A stretch of 64,000 nt of DNA from Bacteroidota bacterium. GTDB taxonomy: Bacteria > Bacteroidota > Bacteroidia > Bacteroidales > PUMT01. Below the pieces are notes generated by a model, which worked only from the letters and a program-made list of their open reading frames with translations, had not been told where the DNA came from and did not search any database. The stretch is from the NCBI GenBank assembly GCA_037446695.1, contig JBBIHY010000002.1:193099-257098 (forward strand), read 5' to 3'. How positions within the stretch are numbered: the stretch's first letter is position 1; each line of letters starts with the position of its first letter. Shown here piece by piece: positions 49,586 to 56,811 of the stretch. A program made the translations under genes and the position numbers.

Positions 49586-50740
49586 ATGTCGGTTTCCCGC
49601 GTTCTTTCATTCTTTTTACTTATTTTATTCTCCTGTCAAACAGGTTCACGGGAAAACAGGCACTCCTATTTTCCTAATGGTTCGCAGGGAATAAATACAG
49701 AAATAAGATATGCAGAGGGCTTTTCCGTTTCCGAAGTGAATGGAATCAAAAAACTATCTGTATTTAATCCCTGGCAGAAGGCAAAGGATATAAGCTTCTG
49801 TTATTATTTGCTTAAAAATAACCAGGCCCTTCCACCGGGATTGTCAGAAAACGAAATCATAAGGGTACCTGTTCAATCCATTGTTTGTCTTTCAACCACG
49901 CACATCGGTTTTATTGAAATACTTGGTGAAACCAACAAAATTACTGCTGTTGCCGGTAGCCGGTATATTTCCAGTGCTGCCCTTCGCAACAGAATCAATG
50001 CAGGTTTAGTAAAAGATATTGGATACGATCAGAACCTGAATTATGAGCTACTGGTGAGTTTGAAACCCGGTTTGGTGATGGTATATGGAATTGGCTCAGA
50101 AACAACCGGCTACCTGAATAAATTGAGAGAACTGGGAATTAAAGTGATCTTCAATGCCGAATACCTGGAAAGAACTCCCCTGGGTAAGGCCGAATGGATA
50201 AAGTTTGTAGGGCATTTATTTCAAAAAGAAGAAAAAGCCGAGGCAATATTTGAAAGTATTGAGAATGAATATCAATCGCTTACTGCTCTTGCTGCAGTGG
50301 CAGAAAACCGGCCAAATGTGCTTATCAATCTCCCCTGGAGGGGCAACTGGCACATGGCCGGCGGTGATTCCTTTTTTGCCAGAATGATAAAGGATGCCGG
50401 GGGAAGATATTTATGGGAAGAAAATACAGATAGAGAAAGCTTCCCCGCAGATATTGAAAGTGTGTTTCAAAGGGCCCGGATTGCAGATGTTTGGATCAAT
50501 ACAGGAACAGCAGCTACCATAGAGGATATTCTAGCAGAAGACCAGCGTTTGCAGAGGATCAAACCAATTCTGTCCGGCAGGGTCTATAATAATAATGGAA
50601 AATTGAGTGAATCAGGCGGAAACGATTACTGGGAAAAAGGCATTGTTGAGCCACAGGTGATATTGAAGGATCTCATTCACATTTTCCATCCGGGTTTAAT
50701 ACCTGATCACCGCCTTGTTTATTATACACCCGTTCAATAA
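49586..50740 (+). CDS. ABC transporter periplasmic substrate-binding lipoprotein (BtuF/Fe-siderophore class III PBP)
   Basis: Lipobox ILFSC. RVPVQSIVCLSTTHIGFIEILGE...KPGLVMVYG is typical of the Fe/B12 periplasmic-binding domain. Operon context also supports it. Confidence 0.8.
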   Translation: MSVSRVLSFFLLILFSCQTGSRENRHSYFPNGSQGINTEIRYAEGFSVSEVNGIKKLSVFNPWQKAKDISFCYYLLKNNQALPPGLSENEIIRVPVQSIVCLSTTHIGFIEILGETNKITAVAGSRYISSAALRNRINAGLVKDIGYDQNLNYELLVSLKPGLVMVYGIGSETTGYLNKLRELGIKVIFNAEYLERTPLGKAEWIKFVGHLFQKEEKAEAIFESIENEYQSLTALAAVAENRPNVLINLPWRGNWHMAGGDSFFARMIKDAGGRYLWEENTDRESFPADIESVFQRARIADVWINTGTAATIEDILAEDQRLQRIKPILSGRVYNNNGKLSESGGNDYWEKGIVEPQVILKDLIHIFHPGLIPDHRLVYYTPVQ

Positions 50741-50754
50741 AGCCACCAGGAAGA

Positions 50755-51789
50755 ATGCAAATTAAAGGTAAAAAAGGTATTTATCTGATTCTCACAATTT
50801 CATTGCTGCTGGTTTTCTTTTTGGATTTACTTATTGGCAATGTCAGAATTCCTCCCCCCGAAATCCTGGGGATGCTTATAGGCATGCAACCCTCCAGCGA
50901 AGAATTCAACATCATTCTGTTCCAACTCAGAATTCCCCGTGCCCTTACAGCACTTTTTGCCGGCATGGCTCTTTCTGTAAGTGGCCTTCAGATGCAGACG
51001 GTTTTCCGCAACCCTCTGGCAGGTCCCTATGTACTGGGAATAAGTGCCGGAGCAAGCCTGGGTGTGGCACTCGCTGTTCTGGGGGTTTCCGGATTAACCG
51101 GGGTAATTGCGGCAACTGTAATTGGCAGCTGGGGAATTGCTGTTGCGGCCTGGATTGGAGCCGGATTGGTTTTATTCCTCATATTGCTGGTATCTGTAAG
51201 GGTAAGGGATATTATGACCATACTGATCCTTGGTATTCTTTTTGGAAGTGCCACGACGGCTTTTGTCAGCGTTCTTCAATATTTCAGTTCAGAAACCCTG
51301 CTAAGATCATTTATAATCTGGACTCTCGGCAGCCTGGGAGGTGTTTCCCAACAGCATTTGTCAGTATTGATTCCCTCTATCCTGGCAGGTCTGCTGCTGG
51401 CCTTTGTCTCTTCGAAGCAACTTAATGCCCTCTTACTCGGGGAAAACTATGCCAGAAGCCTGGGTATGAATATTGGCTTATCGCGCTTTCTCATATTTCT
51501 GAGTACTGCCGTACTTGCAGGAACTGTCACTGCATTCTGTGGCCCCATAGGGTTTATTGGGATCGCTGTGCCCCACATTGCCCGCCTTGCATTCAAAACA
51601 GCCGACCACAGGCATCTCATTCCCATAAGCATGTTTCTGGGAGGTATATTTCTGATTACCAGCGATATTATTTCACAACTCCCTGGTTTTGAAAGTACCC
51701 TGCCAATCAATTCGGTTACCGCTCTTTTGGGTATTCCTGTAGTTATATGGATTGTCATTCGTAATCAAAGAATTTCAGCGGTTCTATGA
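50755..51789 (+). CDS. FecCD/BtuC-family ABC permease
   Basis: About 9-10 TM segments. RIPRALTALFAGMALSVSGLQMQTVFRNPLAGPYVLGISAGASLG is a FecCD hallmark. Confidence 0.9.
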   Translation: MQIKGKKGIYLILTISLLLVFFLDLLIGNVRIPPPEILGMLIGMQPSSEEFNIILFQLRIPRALTALFAGMALSVSGLQMQTVFRNPLAGPYVLGISAGASLGVALAVLGVSGLTGVIAATVIGSWGIAVAAWIGAGLVLFLILLVSVRVRDIMTILILGILFGSATTAFVSVLQYFSSETLLRSFIIWTLGSLGGVSQQHLSVLIPSILAGLLLAFVSSKQLNALLLGENYARSLGMNIGLSRFLIFLSTAVLAGTVTAFCGPIGFIGIAVPHIARLAFKTADHRHLIPISMFLGGIFLITSDIISQLPGFESTLPINSVTALLGIPVVIWIVIRNQRISAVL

Positions 51790-52820
51790 TCCATTCAGAT
51801 GCAAATAAAGCCATTCTTCAAACCGTTGACCTTACAATTGGTTATCACGGCAGGCAAAACAATATATTGACGGGGAGATTCAATGTATCTGTAAAAGAAG
51901 GTGAGTTGATCGCGCTCATTGGGCGAAACGGGATTGGAAAAAGCACATTTCTGAAAACCATCTCCAAACTTCAGAATCCAATTGCCGGCAAAATCTACCT
52001 TGAGAATAAGGAATTAAAAACTATTCCGGCAAAAGATCTGGCAACCATAATGGGCTTTGTGTCTACCGAGCAGGTATATGTCAACAACCTGAAAGTATAC
52101 GACCTGGTTGCACTTGGCAGGTATCCCTATACAAACTGGTTTGGAACCAACAGGGAGAATGACAGGCAAATGATAGAATCGGCCATACGTATGGTCAACC
52201 TTGAACAACTGGCATTTAAAAACATACGGCAGATAAGTGACGGGGAAAGGCAAAGAGCCATTATTGCCAGAACAATTGCACAGGATACACGGTTGATTGT
52301 GCTGGATGAACCGACAGCGTTTCTTGACCTGCCAAATAAATATGAAATCGTTCATTTGCTCAACAGGCTTTCGTGCGAAAAGAGAAAAACTGTAATATTT
52401 TCTACGCACGAGTTGAATATTGCCATGGAGGAAGCAGATAAAATCTGGCTGATGACAGCGGAAGGCATAGTGGAAGGAGCTCCTGAGGATTTCATACTGG
52501 AAAAGAAATTTTCAGGTATGTTTGATAAAAAGGGATCAGCTTACATAACCGACAAAGGAGAATTGAAAATCAAAAAGGAATTTAATCGCAAAATAAACCT
52601 GGTGGGACAAGGTAAAGAATTTCAGCTTACAAGAAAGGCGCTTGAAAGAATTGGTATAGAATGTACACAGGAGCAGCAAACAACTGAAAAAATAAGTGTT
52701 TCCGTTAATGAAAACCTTTATGAATGGAACCTTGAATCAGGATCGGATTGCCGTAAGTTTGAAAATATCTATTCGCTGGTGGATTATTTGAAAAATAATT
52801 TAACAAGGTCAGGGACTTAA
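51786..52820 (+). CDS. ABC transporter ATP-binding protein (BtuD/FepC-like) with a ~90-aa C-terminal extension
   Basis: Walker A GRNGIGKST, signature LSDGERQR (variant ISDGERQR), and Walker B LIVLDEPTAFLD. The start overlaps the permease stop by 4 nt (ATGA). Confidence 0.9.
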   Translation: MIHSDANKAILQTVDLTIGYHGRQNNILTGRFNVSVKEGELIALIGRNGIGKSTFLKTISKLQNPIAGKIYLENKELKTIPAKDLATIMGFVSTEQVYVNNLKVYDLVALGRYPYTNWFGTNRENDRQMIESAIRMVNLEQLAFKNIRQISDGERQRAIIARTIAQDTRLIVLDEPTAFLDLPNKYEIVHLLNRLSCEKRKTVIFSTHELNIAMEEADKIWLMTAEGIVEGAPEDFILEKKFSGMFDKKGSAYITDKGELKIKKEFNRKINLVGQGKEFQLTRKALERIGIECTQEQQTTEKISVSVNENLYEWNLESGSDCRKFENIYSLVDYLKNNLTRSGT

Positions 52821-53447
52821 TTCCTTTACAAACATTACTTTCCCATTTTCCTCCATTGTGTTAAATTTCATTTTTCTTAGATAACGGGTGTGTTCATCCG
52901 ATTCAGAAAAGGTAACCAGGCGCGTGAAACCTTTCTGAAGAAAATAATGGCAGTTGTCGTTAAGCAAAAAGTTTCCCAGCTTAAAATCACGGTATTCGGG
53001 AATTACAAAATCCAGATCAACCTGAAGAGTATCTTTCGATATTTTCCTTGCAAAAAAGACCCCGGCAAGCGACATGTTACGCAAAATAAAGATACTTACA
53101 CCGGGGTTTTTTTCATCGAGTCGAAAAGAGGGGAACAATTTCTTAATTTCCCTATCATAGTACTGAAGAAAGTTAAGAAAAAAGCGATCGCCCGTAGTTA
53201 TTTCCAGCATGGTAAAGTATTCCTTTCTAAGGTATATCTTAGAAAGATGGTAAATATTAATTATAACGATAAAACCATTCAGGAATCCAACCGGCGGTGC
53301 GCTGATCATAAAACCGTAAAAACAAAAAATTGCGGCACCGGTCATATTGATCCATCGCAACCTTATAATGGAACTCATCAGCATTGAGGACATTACGATT
53401 AACGATGCCAGGTAGCCTACCCATTCGAGCCATGAAATCTGCATCAT
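52809..53447 (-). CDS. hypothetical membrane protein: N-terminal 3-TM YgjV-like segment fused to a small GNAT-like C-terminal domain
   Basis: Hydrophobic N-terminus WLEWVGYLASLIVMSSMLM...AAIFCFYGFMI...FLNGFIVIINIY. The C-terminal alpha/beta region ends ...GFTRLVTFSESDEHTRYLRKMKF. The family assignment is tentative. Confidence 0.45.
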   Translation of the reverse strand: MMQISWLEWVGYLASLIVMSSMLMSSIIRLRWINMTGAAIFCFYGFMISAPPVGFLNGFIVIINIYHLSKIYLRKEYFTMLEITTGDRFFLNFLQYYDREIKKLFPSFRLDEKNPGVSIFILRNMSLAGVFFARKISKDTLQVDLDFVIPEYRDFKLGNFLLNDNCHYFLQKGFTRLVTFSESDEHTRYLRKMKFNTMEENGKVMFVKELSP

Positions 53448-53669
53448 AAGCTAGTTTAAATTGTATTCAAAAATAATTTTCCGGCATGAATAAACAAAGT
53501 ACCCCGTATTTTAAATCAAACAATTTTATTTCAAACCAATGTTCGACCCACATTGTAAATTATTTTCCTTCTCGTTACAAAAGCATTGTCAATAGGGGGA
53601 AAAAAAAACAATTGATTTTAGAATGGGTGAAATCATTTTTATTTTTTAATCACTTTGTTTTTTAATAAT

Positions 53670-53677
53670 TAAATTTG
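53670..53677 (+). promoter_or_regulatory. -7 promoter box (TAnnTTTG) upstream of the fabH-like gene
   Basis: TAAATTTG lies 31 nt upstream of the ATG at 53708. Confidence 0.4.
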
Positions 53678-53707
53678 TGGCTTTATTTTGTATAACAACT
53701 GAATAAG

Positions 53708-54784
53708 ATGCCTTATTTGAATACAGTTATTACCGGCACCGGGAGTTATATACCCACTCAAAAGATTGAAAACAGTCAGTTTGTCAAGAATACTTTTTTC
53801 GAGAAGGATCAGACACGCATTGACAGTCCGGGAGAAGAAATTGTAAGTAAATTCAAAGATATTACAGGTATTTCGGAAAGAAGGTGGGTAACTGAAAATC
53901 AGAAAACATCGGATATAGCAACCATTGCTGCCGAGGAAGCGATTAAAACAGCAGGTATCGATCGTGAAACCATTGATCAGATTATTATTGCGCACAATTT
54001 CGGAGATGTACTCAAAGATACAATCCAGACTGATCTACTGCCATGTATTGGTGCGAGGGTTAAGCATTTACTTGGAATCAAAAACCCGGCTTGTGTTGCC
54101 TATGATATCATATTTGGTTGCCCTGGCTGGGTGCAGGGGGTCATTCAGGCCGATTCTTTCATTAAATCAGGCCTGGCAAAACGTTGCCTTGTAATTGGTA
54201 CAGAAACCCTATCCAGGGTGGTGGATATTTATGACCGGGATACGATGATATTTTCGGATGGTGCCGGAGCTACGATTGTGGAGGGAATTGAAGAGGAGCA
54301 CAAAAGAGGGTTGCTGTCCTCATCTGCTGTTACTCATTCTACAGAGGAGGCTTATTACCTGTATCTTGGCAAATCGAATGCTCCTAAGAGTATTCCCAAT
54401 ATCCGTTACATTAAAATGCACGGGAGAAAAATTTATGAGTACTCCCTTTCAAATGTACCACAGGCAATGAAACAGGCTCTTGATAAATCGGGTATTCCTA
54501 TTGAAGAGGTAAAAAAAGTATTGCTCCACCAGGCCAATGAAAAAATGGATGAAGCCATTGTACAACGATTTTACCGGTTGTTTAAAATAGAAGCCGAGAT
54601 TCCCAAGGTGATGCCAATGAACATTCATGAACTGGGTAACAGCTCCGTTGCTACCGTGCCCACTCTTTACGATATGATTTTGAAGGGATCGTTACCCAAC
54701 CACCAGATAAACCCCGGAGATATATTAATTTTTGCTTCAGTTGGAGCCGGTATGAATATCAACTCATTTGTTTACAGGCAATAA
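53708..54784 (+). CDS. 3-oxoacyl-ACP synthase III family protein (FabH-like, long Bacteroidota type)
   Basis: Catalytic Cys in IFGCPGW, His in LLHQAN and Asn in ELGNSS. 358 aa. Confidence 0.85.
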   Translation: MPYLNTVITGTGSYIPTQKIENSQFVKNTFFEKDQTRIDSPGEEIVSKFKDITGISERRWVTENQKTSDIATIAAEEAIKTAGIDRETIDQIIIAHNFGDVLKDTIQTDLLPCIGARVKHLLGIKNPACVAYDIIFGCPGWVQGVIQADSFIKSGLAKRCLVIGTETLSRVVDIYDRDTMIFSDGAGATIVEGIEEEHKRGLLSSSAVTHSTEEAYYLYLGKSNAPKSIPNIRYIKMHGRKIYEYSLSNVPQAMKQALDKSGIPIEEVKKVLLHQANEKMDEAIVQRFYRLFKIEAEIPKVMPMNIHELGNSSVATVPTLYDMILKGSLPNHQINPGDILIFASVGAGMNINSFVYRQ

Positions 54785-54850
54785 GATTGCAAAAACCAAT
54801 CAATAATAAAAGTTGGCAATGTCCGGCCTTTTCTTTTTCATCGCAATTTT

Positions 54851-55408
54851 CTATAGTTTAAATGCTATCCCCAGGTTCAGGTAGGTAATACCGTATCCTA
54901 ATTCAACCATGCCGGCCAATTTCTCGCTGAAAAAATACCTTCCGCCAATATACCACGACCAGACCATTCCACTCAATGCAGCTGAATAACCTGTTTGTAT
55001 AGTTCCAAATTCCTCAGCATTTACAATTTCATATCCAAGTATCAATCCTGTATAGGTATCCAGGTTATTAAGGAGGGGATAATGGAAAGAGCCCCTGGCA
55101 CCAAGCAGGTAATTGGAGTATTTCCAGCCCCAGTCGGCTGTGGGAAATTTATACCTGTAGGCAGCGATGCCAAAATAACCGCCCACGCCGATCGATCCTT
55201 TGTCAATTACCTCATCCATGATAATTTGTTCATAAGAAATGGAAATGGGAGGCAAAGTAACAGAGTATCCTGTACCGGTATATATGGTAGATCCTAAACC
55301 AAGACCAAGATTCAGGTACTTGTCACCCAGATTTGCAAAAGGATCCTGCGTGAAAGCAATAATTGGCATAATAGAAAGACAAATCAAAGAAATAACGACC
55401 TTTTTCAT
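54851..55408 (-). CDS. small outer-membrane beta-barrel protein (porin-family / OmpW-like)
   Basis: A signal peptide is present. Alternating Gly/aromatic beta-strand patterns are seen (GLGLGSTIY, GVGGYFGIAAYRY, LGYGITYLNLGIAFKL). Confidence 0.6.
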   Translation of the reverse strand: MKKVVISLICLSIMPIIAFTQDPFANLGDKYLNLGLGLGSTIYTGTGYSVTLPPISISYEQIIMDEVIDKGSIGVGGYFGIAAYRYKFPTADWGWKYSNYLLGARGSFHYPLLNNLDTYTGLILGYEIVNAEEFGTIQTGYSAALSGMVWSWYIGGRYFFSEKLAGMVELGYGITYLNLGIAFKL

Positions 55409-55514
55409 ACAAAAATCATTTTAGGTTTTTACTGCACAAAAATAATTAAAGCCTGATTAAGAACGAGTCCTTGCAAGATTTATTGAGAATTGCAGGTGAA
55501 TATTATTAATACAA

Positions 55515-56516
55515 CTAATAAAAATGTGTTTCAACCACAGGCTGCCAAAGAAGTCGGTAGTCCTCATCTTTACTACCCTTGCAGTATCTCTCAAAAATAC
55601 AGTGGTCATGCTGCCCAATTATGATTGTTTTGATAAGCGTGCAAGGCTGCTTTTCACAAATGCTATGTTTGCACAGGCAGGCTTCGTGACAGCAACTGCG
55701 CCCCAGTGGCCAGTATATATCGTTCATTGACATAACAGAATGACCCGAGTATTGTGCAATGATTTTAAGTGCCTCAATACAGAGTGATCGTATTGGCTCA
55801 TCAGTTTCCAGTGGTATGCGTAATTGCAGTTTTCTTTTCAGGTCTGTGTCAGATATTTCCACACAACCATTGCGCAGTAAAACACGCTGCATGTGATAAT
55901 CCATAATCGGGACAAGGTTTTCCTCATCCCTTATCTCCAGCAATCCCGAATCGCTTACCAGTTTAATAAAAAAGGTTGATTTTTTTCTCAGTGGATCAGA
56001 AAAAGCATCCATCCCCTCAAGAACCTTGTACAAACCTTTCCCTCCTGTTAAAAGATAACCATCGGTTTTCTTCAGCATGTTATTCACCCTGCCATTGTAT
56101 GCCTCATAAATAAATTGGGCTGTATTCTGGTAAAAAGCAGCCCTCTCCTCAATCCTGTCAAGCGTTGAATTCTCTGGTTTACCATACGCTGAAAAGCTGG
56201 AAAGCAGGAATTCTCTTACATCAGGAGTGGATTGGCTTGTAATAAAAAGAGGGTCAAGAAAAAGGGGGGTTTTGTTTGCGATATTAAGAAAAACATGCTC
56301 CATGTACTCCCATCCGGCAAGTTGCAACAATTCGCTTTTCAGCAAGTGAGTCTGGTGACAAATGGCTGCAGAAAATAAAAGCATTCGCAGCCTCAGTTCC
56401 AGTTCCATTGGTTCTTTTAAAAAAGGTCTGTTAAGAAATTCAGGATGCATGGCCAGGGATTTAAGAACACCTGCCATTTGAATACATTTTTCTTTATTTA
56501 ACCAGGTTTTTTGCAT
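55515..56516 (-). CDS. hypothetical protein, 333 aa: helical Qng1(DUF2419)/HhH-glycosylase-like body with a C-terminal 8-Cys cluster
   Basis: IMDYHMQRVLLRNGCVEISDTDLKRKL and NDIYWPLGRS resemble the DY(R)xPQVL and D..LW motifs I recall from queuosine-salvage/DNA-glycosylase-fold proteins. The tail is CCHEACLCKHSICEKQPC...HDHCIFERYC. Confidence 0.35.
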   Translation of the reverse strand: MQKTWLNKEKCIQMAGVLKSLAMHPEFLNRPFLKEPMELELRLRMLLFSAAICHQTHLLKSELLQLAGWEYMEHVFLNIANKTPLFLDPLFITSQSTPDVREFLLSSFSAYGKPENSTLDRIEERAAFYQNTAQFIYEAYNGRVNNMLKKTDGYLLTGGKGLYKVLEGMDAFSDPLRKKSTFFIKLVSDSGLLEIRDEENLVPIMDYHMQRVLLRNGCVEISDTDLKRKLQLRIPLETDEPIRSLCIEALKIIAQYSGHSVMSMNDIYWPLGRSCCHEACLCKHSICEKQPCTLIKTIIIGQHDHCIFERYCKGSKDEDYRLLWQPVVETHFY

Positions 56517-56734
56517 GAATCAAATGTACAATCCAAACATGGAAATAAAAAGAGCCATTTTATTTTGAAATGCAACACCCATGTTTAGAAAATCACAAAC
56601 ACAATGATAATAAAATCAACGACATGGGTGTTCCCTGCCCTCCGGCAGGCAGGCATCCGTTTGTTAAAGAGCATTAACCGATAAGATGTAACATGCTTGT
56701 AATTAATAACATAAATTTATTGTACGGATTAAAA

Positions 56735-56780
56735 AATTCAAAATATGAACATAGTTCTATTTTTGAATTCGAAACGAATT
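56735..56780. promoter_or_regulatory. nested palindromes overlapping the icmF promoter
   Basis: AATTCAAAATA-TGAAC-ATA-GTTCT-ATTTTTGAATT (56735-56769) is followed by AATTCG-AAA-CGAATT (56766-80). The -7 box TATTTTTG (56758-65) lies inside the right arm. Confidence 0.45.
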
Positions 56781-56811
56781 GATTATCTTAACGCCTCTCA
56801 AAAATAAATGA

